Positions 12,176-24,150 of a stretch of DNA of 47,124 nt are shown piece after piece (positions within the stretch are counted from its first letter, which is position 1; the number at the start of each line of letters is the position of its first letter). This stretch comes from Octopus bimaculoides (lineage: Eukaryota). Both the position numbers and the translations under genes were made by a program. The notes beneath the pieces are model-generated. The model saw only the letters and a program-made list of their open reading frames with translations, was not told the DNA's origin and searched no databases. Location of the stretch: assembly GCF_001194135.2 (NCBI RefSeq), contig NC_068994.1, forward strand, positions 52,299,503 to 52,346,626, given 5' to 3'.

Positions 12176-15064
12176 GTAAGAACATTCATATAAAAGCAAA
12201 CTTGGAATAGACGAACACAGATCGATATCCACTCGTACACAAAAAGTGCACACACGCACACACGCACGAATATAGAGAGGTGTACAAACAATCGCATATG
12301 CACGCGCGCGCACAGAGACACTGACGCAACCACGCGCGCGCGCACGTGCATACACACGAACACACACTGGATAATTAGATAATATAAGGAAAGTCCTGTT
12401 GAAAGTTCTGGTCGAGTAATGTTAATGAAACTATCGTCAGCGTTGCTGTATTTGTTGTCATCATCGCAGTTACAGTCGTTATTCATACTATTGCTGTTGT
12501 TGTTATTGCATTGAATTTTCTGTTGCTACTGTTGCTGATGCTAATTAGTAATTATAGGAATAAAGCAAAAAAAAAAAAGAAAAGAAAAAAAAAGAAAGCA
12601 GTCATATAATAGCAACAATTCAAATATAATGTAAAGAAAATATCACCGCCAGAACATTCACCACAGCTTGCCACCCCTCCTTAATATTTCTCTTTGTCTT
12701 CATCCTTCCATTAATTTTGTAAATGGGTTCCACCATGGCCTATGGAATACTTAATGCCGATAGGGAAATTAAAATAGAATAATTGCTGAGTAATTCTTCT
12801 TGTGGATTGATGATGATGATGTGTGTGGAATGTTTTGTACTTTGTTTTCAGATTCTCATTCTTGTCATCTTTAAAACGAAATTGAAACAAAATAAAAAGA
12901 AGCAGAAAAGAAACAGCATTTCTCTATTTTATAGACTGAAAGGTAGATGGCAGAATCGGAAGATCGTTATAGAAAATTGTTTTTAGGTACCTTGATTTTC
13001 TGAGTTGAAATACCATCCAGATATGCACTTTTTTCTCCATGACAGGGTAGTACAGTAAATGTTTAAATAACTACTTATCCGTAATCCGGTTCTTTGCGTC
13101 CTGACTTTTAATATCACTATAATGTAATTGGGAGGTAGACTTAATCCCCTGTCCTATTTCACACTATCACCATACACTTTGAGGGATTTTAACGGAGTTA
13201 CCTAAGTTGAAAGCAATAGGGCCATTTTTCCTTTTGAGGATAGTTACTTCTTTGCTCCCCTCCCTTTGCTCTCAATAGGTCAGGGATAATGGCTCTCCAA
13301 TGACCAAAATGTAAAATCATTCCAACTCAAACAAATAAGTATCTTTATTGGACGCAATCAACGTATTTAGAACAGACGATGTAACGCTAACAATAATCAT
13401 TTTTCGTCTTTTGTTTGTCCATTTTAAGGTCGATATATGAATTGTTTGTTTTGTAGCTATGTGGGAAAAAGACTGATACTGTTTTTTTCATTTCGTATTT
13501 CAAGGGCTGGTGTTTATTCAGTAATTTTCTAATTGTAAATTTGCATTTTCGAGATCTGTTCGTGCTGTGGCACACTGGAGTGTAAGAATTGCCTATGATC
13601 TTATGAGACGATATTCAAATATGACTCAAGGTCCAATGATTGATAGAAGTGAAGCAACAGTAGAATATAGAAAAATATTTTGGGCGCTACGAAACGTAAA
13701 TATTTTGTAGAATCTTTAGAAAATAAAATCATTTTCAAAATTGGTTTGAACGATATTTCTCTGAAAGAATGGATGAAAAATTTAGTAGAAGGAACGTTGG
13801 AGTACACAAAACGAAGAAAGATTGTCAAATCAAGAAAAAGAGCCAAAGTTAAAACAGAAGTAATGAAGATAGATCAGGTGTGTGTGACATGTAGTGGCGG
13901 TTAGATAGTCATGATGAAACTGAAGGGTCTATACCATTTAGAAAAAGGCCTAACTCTTCTGCTCTCTCCTTCTCTCTTTATCTCTCTCCTCTTTCTCTCT
14001 CTCCCTCGGTGCATATATATACATACAACCACGCACGCACGCACACACACACACACACACATACACACACACACACATACACACACACACATATATATAT
14101 ATACATACGTACCTACACACACAGATATATCAAAAGGGAGAGATAAAATAGAAAGATAGAGACAGATAGATAGTTACAAGCATTAGGGATAGATAGGCTG
14201 AGAAAGAAGTACAAATTGTCATCAACAACACCAACATGGTGTGTGTAACGAAACAAATCAAAATATAAAAAGAAATTACATTTTACAAGTTTTCAAGAAA
14301 TCGATGAGCAGCAAAAGAAAAACAAAACAAAAATATACAAATGAAAAGTGAATAAATAAATTCCAGAGGGCCAATTTGCATGTTATATTATTACTTTTTT
14401 GGGGAATCCACTAATTATTTTGATATTGTTCCCTAATTAAGTAAAAAAATTTACGAAACAAGTTGAAAATTTAAATGGGAATAAGCAGAAAAAATAATCC
14501 CAAACAAACACGAAATTCCCACAAAATACACAAACAAATAATGCAAAGTAGTCAAATTTATTTGTTTATTTGTTTAATTATCTAGTTTATTAATTTCTTT
14601 GAGTGCACCAAGTGGTTGCTAAACGGTTCTGAAAATTTCCTTGAAATACATTTGTTTTAGCTGACAAAATCAAGAAACCATTGAACAAAGATTAGAAGAG
14701 ATTCTAAATGATTTCAATTTCACTTGTGGTCGGTTGATTATTTCTTTATTACTTTCTTTATTTATTCATTTGTTTAAGCACACAGAAATTCGATTGTATT
14801 TAAGAGGAATACCTCACATCTTCTAACTTCCAGTTTCAGTTCTACAGTATACTACATTAGTCAGATGTCATCCTTTGTGGACCAAGTATGACCGACACCT
14901 TTGAAGTAGTATCTGAGAAGCATAAACAGTGAAAGCACATATATCACGCACGCGTGCGCGTGTATTATAGTCTATACATATTATGAATAAAATATCAATA
15001 TCTGCATATATACATACATACATACTTACATACAAGCATACATGTATGTATGTATGTATGTATG

Positions 15065-15141
<77 letters not shown>

Positions 15142-15619
15142 GCCCTTTTATGGTTGAACCAGTCACTGAAAGCAGTAAAGTATTAAATGAACTTTGCTAA
15201 TCTAAAAAAAGAATCAAAACAAGACAAACAACACAGGAAAGCAACCAGTTGGTACCGTAAATGTATATAACTTAAGAAATTTATTAAATAGATTATGTAT
15301 ATATTGGAAACTTGGCTCATTGAAGGTGGAAGGGATGAAACTATACAACATTTTAAATACAGTTCATTGTTTATCCTGCTTTTAGTATTCTTTTATGTGT
15401 TGTTGATTGAAAATAATAGGTACTGCTTCAACAATATGCGCTTTAGAGAGATCTCATAAAATAGGCTCGGTGAGTTTTTAAAATTAATCGATTAAGAATA
15501 AATTTAGGACAGCATAAATGATCGAACACAATATTCTAATAATTCTGTCTCATTGGAAACCCAACTTTTATTACTCATGCATTTGTTATCAAGAACATAT
15601 TTGATTAAACTGATTTCTG

Positions 15620-15690
15620 ATCTTGACGACCCCGAAAACGAACACGGTGAGATTTGAACTCGGAACGCGCGTTGCTAAATACTGCAAAGA
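15620..15690 (-). mobile_element. SINE family A remnant
   Basis: gaccccgaaa..ggtgagatttgaactcggaacg matches the family A core. Confidence 0.6.
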
Positions 15691-16494
15691 TCGATTCTGA
15701 CATTCTTCATTTATAACTTCATTTTGTATGATTTCTTTCATAGTGGAGTTGGAAAGATTAATCGAATAAAAAAGAGTACGAGTGCTTAGTTCTTTTCTCT
15801 AAAGCTAGAAGTCAATGATTTTACAAGTTACAAGTATAATAGGAAAAGCAAAAATCTGATGAGATAATAGTACACTTAACACGGCCTACTAACATTTGTA
15901 ACACCTCACATTGCAATCACCGTCTAAAATTATTAAAAATATCAGCGCATACAAAACTGTCGTAAATAGCCTAGACATCAACCTAGTTTATAATGGTAGG
16001 CTGGAAATGCAAATATATACTATAGGAAATGGATATATTTGCCCTCTAGTCTGAACTGATATAAATTAAATAAATGCTTTGAAAGAGTAAATATATTGCC
16101 TGTAGAAAACAGAATTATACATACATATATGAGTGATAATTACATTGAAAAATAATGTTGCCGCAATAAGAATACAAAGAAATGGAGTAAAAGCGAAAGA
16201 AAGGATAAATACGGAGAAGCACAAAAGAGAAAGCATTATGGGAATGGACAAAGAACATCTGGGATTATTGCTGCATATTTAAACAAACACGAACAACTTT
16301 ATGCAAATGGGTCTAAATTTGCGTTCGTATTTATCGGTTGATCACAAGGAAAGAGCAAAGCTCAGAATGTTTGAATGTTCATTCCCACATTCACATATGC
16401 TAATACACTTATGTTAACAAATATTATTCGCTACAGCGCCACTTAAAGAGGTGAGGACACAAAATCGTTAGATAATTAGAACACATATCTATAT

Positions 16495-16590
16495 GCTCTG
16501 AGTTCAAATCTCTCCGAGCTCAACCTTTGCCGTTCATCCGTTTCGCGTCAATTAAATAAATTAGTTGTCATACTCGAGTTGATGAAATCC
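16495..16590 (+). mobile_element. SINE family A remnant
   Basis: ctgagttcaaatct..ccgag..cctttgccgttcatccgtttcg. Confidence 0.6.
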
Positions 16591-17492
16591 CAGAATTGTA
16601 TCTTAGTCAGACACTGATATACTTATTTCCGACTACACATATATATCATCGCTGTTACGTTAAACTGTCGTTTGTCCAAATTTAGCCAAATGTGTTTTTT
16701 TTTTTTGCAATACTTAATTTTGCTTGCGATAGCCGGTTCTTTTGGTCAAAATATTGTTTTTCCAGCTGCTTCAGAAACCAAGATATGAAAATTGTCCAAT
16801 TGTAATACAGCGGTTTAGCATTTTTCAAATGTGTAATAAGTCCCTCATACGACAGTTTTGCAAAAAGAATTTCGAACTGAAAATATGATACATGCATGCA
16901 GTTACGATTTTATGCACGCTAAAAAGTATTATTGTTAAGATAAAACTTTTGATAATGTAAAAAGAAATGGAACAATGAAATTACCTTTTCGTTTTCTGAA
17001 AAAGCAACGTTTTTCAGTTACGACACTTTTGCATAATAGCAACGACATATTTTATCGGCTTAAAATTCTATATGCTTGTATATTATTAATGTTTCAATTA
17101 TTGAACAGCGGTCATGACTGGGCACCGCCGGTGAGGTGTTTTCAGTATTTTGTCTGCACATTCAATTAACAATCCTTCAAAAATAGCAAATACAAGTTTT
17201 TGATATAATTTCATCCAACATAAAACTATACNNNNNNNNNNNNNNNNNNNNNNNNNNNNNNNNNATATATATATATATATATATACATATATACATGTAC
17301 ACGTATAAACACATGAAGATACATACACAGGCATACATATTTTTATATATGGATACATAAACGTATATGTAGCCATGGTGACAGTCGCTCGTATAAATCG
17401 TTAAATAAATACACACACACGTGCATATATATATATTTATATGTGTGTATGTGTGTACGTGTGCGTGTGCATGCATGTATGCATATATGTGA

Positions 17493-17530
<38 letters not shown>

Positions 17531-17540
17531 NNNNNNNNNN

Positions 17541-17576
<36 letters not shown>

Positions 17577-17917
17577 AAATAGAATTTGTGAGATGGAACT
17601 ACATATAAAAAAACAGACGAGAAGTTTCATAAATAGATAATGTGTTTTTGGTAACAGTGTAATAACTTTAATATCCTATTTATGAAAAAAAAATGACAGA
17701 ACCCAAACAAACAAGATGACAAGATTATTAATCCATCATCTTGGTCGCTGAATTGTAAATTCAGATTTTTTGGACATTTTTTCTATTATATGTGGAACGT
17801 ATTTTCACGCCAGACAGACGAGAGTTGATAACATCTACTGTGATAAAAAGTTTGTCAGTTAAGCTTAAAGCTTACAGAGAGCGTCTTAGAAGCGTCTAGT
17901 TTGAAAATAAATAGACC

Positions 17918-17972
17918 CGTTCGAAATGATTGTCTTCTATTAACGTTCGAAATGATTGTCTTCTATTAACGT
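17918..17972 (+). repeat. Exact 26-bp tandem duplication
   Basis: cgttcgaaatgattgtcttctattaa starts at 17918 and again at 17944. Confidence 0.97.
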
Positions 17973-18566
17973 ATTTCTTTTGTTTGTATCAAATACTTTA
18001 CTCCTGTAAAGGAAAACATAATGGCATTATTTATAGCTTGTTTTATACCTACCTACGTACATACATACATGCGTATATACACACCCACACAGACATGCAC
18101 ACACAGATACACACAAACACAGACGCACACACATAACGAGAAATAGAGTCTGGTTCATCCACTGCAGCTGTTTCGAATGATTTTGTTTTTATAAATTTTA
18201 AAGATTTTTTTATAGATGTTTTTATTGCACATCTCTTTATTTAATTCAATTATTTATCTGATATAGAAGGCCATTCATCATTCGACTTATTTCCTTTGTC
18301 TCTGATTTTTTACTTTTCTACTTCTGGTTCCCATTTGTCTTGATTTTATGAACCCCTTATGTTTATGTAATTGTATTATGAAGGTGGATCAATTGTAAAT
18401 ATATTACAAGTCCTGTTTGTGTGTAGGTAAGTGTATGGATACAGTTATGAACAACTGTAAATAATCACTTTAGTTTTTGTATGCATATATGTGTATGTAA
18501 ATAGATATGCATATGTATGTATACATATGTATATATATATATGTATATGTATGCATATGTACACAC

Positions 18567-18601
<35 letters not shown>

Positions 18602-19494
18602 TGTATTATATATATANNNNNNNNNNNNNNNNNNNNNNNNNNNNNNNNNNNNNNNNNNNNNNNNNNNNNNNNNNNNNNNNNNNNNNNNNNNNNNNNNNNN
18701 NNNNNNNNNNNNNNNNNNNNNNNNNNNNNNNNNNNNNNNNNNNNNNNNNNNNNNNNNNNNNNNNNNNNNNNNNNNNNNNNNNNNNNNNNNNNNNNNNNNN
18801 NNNNNNNNNNNNNNNNNNNNNTATATATAAGGAAAATAGAGAGTTCAAACTGATCTATGTTAATTTATTGACATAATATGAATAATATCAGTAGATGAAT
18901 AATGGTTTTAAGTATAACTTTAAGATTATATAAATTTATCTTAAACGCATTTAGCATAAACGTTAAATATATGATTTAGTACATATGCAAATGAATTTAT
19001 CGTAAGATTTATCGTAATTTTACTTAATTGTTTACCTACTTAAGAAGAGTTCTTTGTATTCGTTGTGAATCTTACTAATAATGCATGAATATAAATTTAG
19101 TGATTTTTTATTCATTATTATATGGACGTAAAAGTTAAATATAAATAGATTTGCTATAAGTTTATAAATATTAGATAACGTTTTTCTTAAATATGTTTAT
19201 AGAACATTTCTATCATGGATAATATGTATTTTGCGATTCTTCTGGGGTTTTTTCGAACGTATAGATACATACACATAAATATAAACATATAAATTAACAG
19301 GAGCTTATAGTTTATTTTGTTTAAAATAGAAACAGTAAACATAAGTAACTTTCGATTGAATTATTTTACGTACAAATAAGTATAGATTATAAATAATAAT
19401 AATTATAGTATGATTTATGACATTATTTAGTGTAGGCGTGTTGAGGATAAAGACTATTTTTCTGAATAGATACTTGTGTAAGAGAAGTTTTTTT

Positions 19495-19890
19495 TTTACC
19501 GTATAAAAGTATCAGTAGTTATTTTCATGTCTTCTTGGACTTCTATATTTCTTAACCTGTCTTGGATTTCATGCAGCCACTCCGTTTCATCATTATGTTC
19601 TACAGGTTGGTGGTAGATCCCTCTCCAGAATGCCTTGCTTTCCACTACATCTGGTATCATTGCTACTTGTATTTGCCCATCTAGCTCCTGAAACAGTATT
19701 TTCTGATTTACTTCTGTTTTGCTTGAACTGTCTTTTTCTATTCTCATATCTTTTCAGTTTGCTCTGATTGCTAGTACCCAATGTTTCAATCCTTCGAATA
19801 TCACATCATAACTATTGTCCCTTATTCTATATGTTTTATTATTATGCTTACTTTCTACAATTCCCCTCTTCCCAATCTCTCAACTTGTCC
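19495..19890 (-). mobile_element. Decayed R4/Dong-like non-LTR retrotransposon fragment (pre-RT region), copy 1
   Basis: Minus peptides KLKRYENRKRQFKQNR and NQKILFQELDG..PDVVESKAFWRGI..QPVEHNDETEWL..QEDMKIT match the conserved stretch upstream of the RT in R4/Dong-type ORFs. Homologous to about 23080-23480. Confidence 0.75.
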
Positions 19891-20075
19891 TGGCAGAATC
19901 GTTAGCATGTCGGGCAAAACGCTTAGCGACATTTCTTCCGTCTTTAAGTTCTGAGTTCAAATTCCGCCGAGATCAACTTTACCCTTCAACCTTTCGGGGG
20001 TTGATAAACTTAGAACAAGGGAAACATTGGGGGTCGATGAAATCGACTAGTCCTCTCCCCCAAAAGTTCAGTAGA
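19891..20075 (+). mobile_element. SINE family A, near full length
   Basis: tggcagaatcgttagc head, gagttcaaattccgcc B-box-like element, ctttcgggggttgataaa core and gtcgat-gaa-atcgac hairpin. Confidence 0.9.
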
Positions 20076-20089
20076 CAGGATTATCATTA

Positions 20090-20465
20090 TTATTATTGTT
20101 ATCTCGATAATATCATTTATGATTTGATCCTTACTACCGAACTTACGCCTATTGTCAAAATAATTACCTGCACTACTACAATCAATCGTACGATATTGAT
20201 ATCAACTTTTACCGTCATTATTTACGGAAGTACAAATGCTACCGATACACGTCCTCTTATTGTCAAAATTATTATTGTAATTACGACCGTTGCCGTTAGC
20301 CTTAATCGGGTTTCTACCACTATTCCAATTTTCGCTATTATATCCGATGAACTTCAGAACTGTATTATTCGTATCCCCAAGTCGGCTAGCATTCAAACTT
20401 TTATTATCAGTCCACTACTGGGGATATTATAATCATATTTATTATTATTCTCCTACTTTTTTTTA
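20090..20465 (+). repeat. Cryptic period-3 low-complexity tract (decayed ATT/ACT repeat)
   Basis: Thr/Ile-rich in one frame and Asn/Ser/Gly-rich on the opposite strand, flanked by (TTA)n, with an internal ctattgtcaaaat-type repeat. Confidence 0.7.
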
Positions 20466-20754
20466 TTTCTAATTTTGCCATTTCCTCTAATAGAATGCAT
20501 GTTATTATGAATAATAGAATCGTAAGCATTAGTGCAGCCAGCAGGATTATCAATTTCCTGGGAATATTCGATACATTGCTTGATACATTGCTTGCCCGTT
20601 CTAGACAATGCAGAGCTATACTAGTGAGCATATACATTAAATATTGCTTTTACATGTACAAGGAATCGTATAGAAGTAGCTGTATATGCAGATATATGTA
20701 TGGATGTGTTTGTGTATGACGTATACACATACATGCTGAACACTGTTGTGTGAG

Positions 20755-20798
20755 CTGATTGTTAAAATACCTAGATTGAAATGAATTCTTCAAATCAT

Positions 20799-20848
<50 letters not shown>

Positions 20849-20925
20849 CACACACACCTGTCGGTGACTTGATTGTTAAAATACCTAGATTCAAATAAAT
20901 CCTTCAAAACATCAGATATGTATAT
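20755..20925 (+). repeat. Diverged ~55-bp direct duplication separated by (TA)n
   Basis: tgattgttaaaatacctagatt(g/c)aaat(g/a)aat(t/c)cttcaaa occurs at about 20756 and 20871. Confidence 0.9.
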
Positions 20926-20939
20926 AAATAGACACACAC

Positions 20940-20978
<39 letters not shown>

Positions 20979-21899
20979 CATGTATGTGTATATATCTATG
21001 TGTGTGTATTGTGTGTGTGTGTGTGTGTGTGTAATCAACAGATGACAACCGGAGATTCTCAATATCAAAAAAGACTTACTAGGTCAGATTTTTATCCCTT
21101 CTTCCTGAAAATAGAAGCAGGATTTATTCAATGTTTATTTGATTCCCTCACTGGTGGCGTATTTTTTTGAACTACATCTGCCAACATTGTGAAGTAACTT
21201 CGAGCCGCCAGAAAAAGCTGAAACCATCAACACTTTAATTTTCTAGCTTTTTAAATCTAAGTTTGCTCCCTTAATATATAAGTATCTATATATTTATACT
21301 TCAATATTCATCGTCTGATAATTTTCAGTTTTTGAATTTCTCTCTATTTACACGTGTACATGTATATATATTTTGTATATTAAACCTAAGCAGTTTTAGT
21401 TGTTTATTTGCATCATTACTCTCTCTGTCACTCTCTCACCCCCACTCAGAATCTCTCCCTCCCTCCCTTTCGTCCTTGTGACTGTTTGTTGCCACCTATG
21501 CAGCGTCTATTCAGAATACAATAGGATGCAATTACAAAATGGTTCTTTGGCTTTCTTACATTTTACATTTTATTACATTAGTATATTGAGTTAGAGCATC
21601 AAAATATACACACCGGAACGACTATAAATATATGTGTCTGCTAATATTTTGCATGTACCACATCTTCGTGTTGTTGTTTTCTTCTTGCGTTTTTCCTCGT
21701 TGTTTTGGATTATGTATATATNNNNNNNNNNNNNNNNNNNNNNNNNNNNNNNNNNNNNNNNNNNNNNNNNNNNNNNNNNNNNNNNNNNNTATATATATAT
21801 ATATATACGTATGTATGTATGTATGTATGTATGTGTGATTGTGTGTCTGCATGTGTCCATGCGTTCATAACGTTTATAGTATTCGCCATTTTCCTCTCC

Positions 21900-22000
21900 G
21901 TCTTCTTCTTCTTCTTCTTCTTCTTCTTCTTCTTCTTCTTCTTCTTCTTCNNNNNNNNNNTCTTCTTCTTCTTCTTCTTCTCCTTCTCCTTCTTCTTCTT
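21900..22000 (+). repeat. (TTC)n microsatellite containing a 10-N gap
   Basis: Direct reading. Confidence 0.96.
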
Positions 22001-22564
22001 ACTATTATTATTAAATTATGATTACTAATATATGATAATCATCACCATTATTGTATCTATTGATATTTTCTTTATTTTGTGGGACATTTATTTTAAATAT
22101 CTATCAAGAAAAATATTTTTATATATACCTTATCATAGCTTGTATATTTCCAAACATTTTTGCATATATGTATAAATATACAAATACGAGAATTTAACGC
22201 AGCACATATATAATTCAAGCTTAAACGAATTGCTAAAATATGCCATTTAAAGCACATTTATGAATACAAATGTACCAAAATAATATTTGCAGAGAATATG
22301 TCTACGAATCAACAAAAGAAAACACAAATGTCTAATAACGTTGGCAGTTTATAGCTTTCATAACGTTTCATATTATTATCTTACAGACATTACGTGCATT
22401 GTTACAGTTTTGTTGTCATTCTTGTAGTTATTGATAATGTTTGAATTATATATGGATTTTGGCAAAACATTTCTTAAAGAAAAATCACGTAATTTTACAG
22501 AGGTAAATTACAATGAATTATTCATTGCGTAATGTAATGTAAGCACATTTAATATTACCTTTCT

Positions 22565-22760
22565 TAGTGACATTTCTTCCGACTTTGCGTCTTTAGTTCA
22601 TATTTAACCGGGGTCGACTTGGTCTGTCATCTTTTCGGAATCGATAAAATAAGTATCAGTTTAGGGCTGGAATCGTGGTAATCGACTTGCCCTTACCCTA
22701 AAAAATGCAGGTTTTGTGATAAATTTTGAAAACATTATTGTTTATTATTATTATTATCAT
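22565..22760 (+). mobile_element. SINE family A, diverged, with (TTA)n tail
   Basis: gacatttcttccg..gggtcgactt..tcatcttttcggaatcgataaaataagtatcag..aatcgactt. Confidence 0.75.
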
Positions 22761-22789
22761 AGGTTTTATTGGAGCTCCTGGAGTCTTAC

Positions 22790-23626
22790 GTGCATAGCGT
22801 GCATGCTATCTCCAGCCTACGGTTCTATGCTATCCATTCTTACCAGCTAGCTAATACTTTTCCGATTATTCTGGCCATACCAAGGAAGCAACCGTTTTGT
22901 AACAGTTCCTTGGCACATAACTATATCTTTTCCTTTGTCATCCGGCTGAGTACTGCGCTTTTCTGTAAGCACTCATCTAGCAGTTGTACTTTCTTTTTAT
23001 GAAGCCCTCTCAACTTCTTCATCCAGTACCCTTGGACCCCACCCGGTCCTGGGCTCTTCCAAAATGGGGGATGTTATTAACTGCTTTTTTTTTATTTCTA
23101 TAGTTATCTTTATGTCTTGGACTTCTATATTTCGTGAACTATCTTGGATTTCCTGCAGCCACTCCGCTTCATCATTATGCTCCACAGCTTGGTCCAGAAT
23201 GATTTCCTCTGCGACTGCTTTCAGTGTTACATGTATTTGCCCATCTAGTTCCTGAAAAAGCTTCTTCTGATTTGCTTCAAACAATCTGTTTTGCCTGAAC
23301 TGTATTTTATTCTGTCGTCATATCTCTCCAGTTTTGCTTTGATTGCTACTATTCTTTGTTTCAGCTCTTCCAATATCACATCGTAACCTTTATCTCTTCT
23401 TGTGTATGTTTTTTCCTGCATTTATTCTCATGCTACCGTTCTGCAACACCCCTCTTCTCAATCTATCAACTTGTCCTAAATGTCTTTTTGACTTTGTTTC
23501 TCACAAATTCATTTAAGCCATTGTGGTTCTGTACGTTCTGTTTGTTCTTTTCTTTTGTATCCAACTCTATCTGCCGCAACTATAGCTGCAGCTCAAATAA
23601 TCCTGTTAGTTTTAGTTATATATTGG
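22790..23626 (-). mobile_element. Decayed R4/Dong-like fragment, copy 2, downstream part
   Basis: Across frameshifts: TNRII..AAAIVAADRVG, EPQWLK, ILEELKQRIVAIKAKLERYDDRI, RQNRLFEANQKKLFQELDG, QAVEHNDEAEWLQ, GPRVLDEE (decayed PGPDGVQGYW region) and LDECLQ..RMTK. Confidence 0.8.
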
Positions 23627-23962
23627 CTGCCAGAAAAGTCAGAATCCGCTTAGCTATGTGTAACAACTTACGTACCGAGTCGAGTGGCTCTGAAAATGGA
23701 CGACGCCAGAGCGAGAGACAGATGCCTGATCCGTAGAGCGATGTGCTGCGTGATCGCTAGCGCGGTGACGTTCCGATGATCGATCGACTAGGAAATACTG
23801 AAGCAAAGGGAAGCATTCGCAGCTGCAGATCTCGGCAGAAGTAGCAAATATTCGAATTAGATCTTCGAAGACCCCAGTGGAGAATGTCTCCGCTCCAACG
23901 GTGGTCGAGCACGGGTTAATCATAGGAGAGAGAGAGACTAACGTGAAAACAGCCGACCTCGC
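23627..23962. other. ~335-bp GC- and CpG-richer insertion interrupting the R4/Dong-like ORF
   Basis: The R4-like peptide stops after KVETEKIDSVL and resumes at ..TNRII. The intervening DNA is compositionally different. Confidence 0.6.
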
Positions 23963-24150
23963 ATCAAGAACGGAATCTATCTTTTCGGTTTCAACCTTGA
24001 GCTTGCGTCGGTCAATGTACCTCAGGTTGGTGGGAGGGGGGAATGCTTGATCCTGGTCTTCTCTAATATATCGGCATAGCGTCCTCACTATATCTTGTTG
24101 GTGACCATCGTATTCTTTTGATATAGCTCTCCCTATCTTTTGATTCAGTT
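23963..24150 (-). mobile_element. Decayed R4/Dong-like fragment, copy 2, upstream part
   Basis: PPPTNLRYIDRRKLKVETEKIDSVL matches the L-x-x-I-D-R-x-K-L-K-x-E-T-x-K motif that precedes the TNR..AAA..RVG block. Confidence 0.7.

Noticed and set aside
18160-18285. Hammerhead half-motif GAAACAGCTG on the minus strand
   Set aside because: No CUGANGA box at a suitable distance.
19815-20432. 205-aa plus-strand ORF, the longest gap-free ORF
   Set aside because: It is a chimera of antisense LINE, a SINE A copy and a decayed triplet repeat. There is no domain signal.
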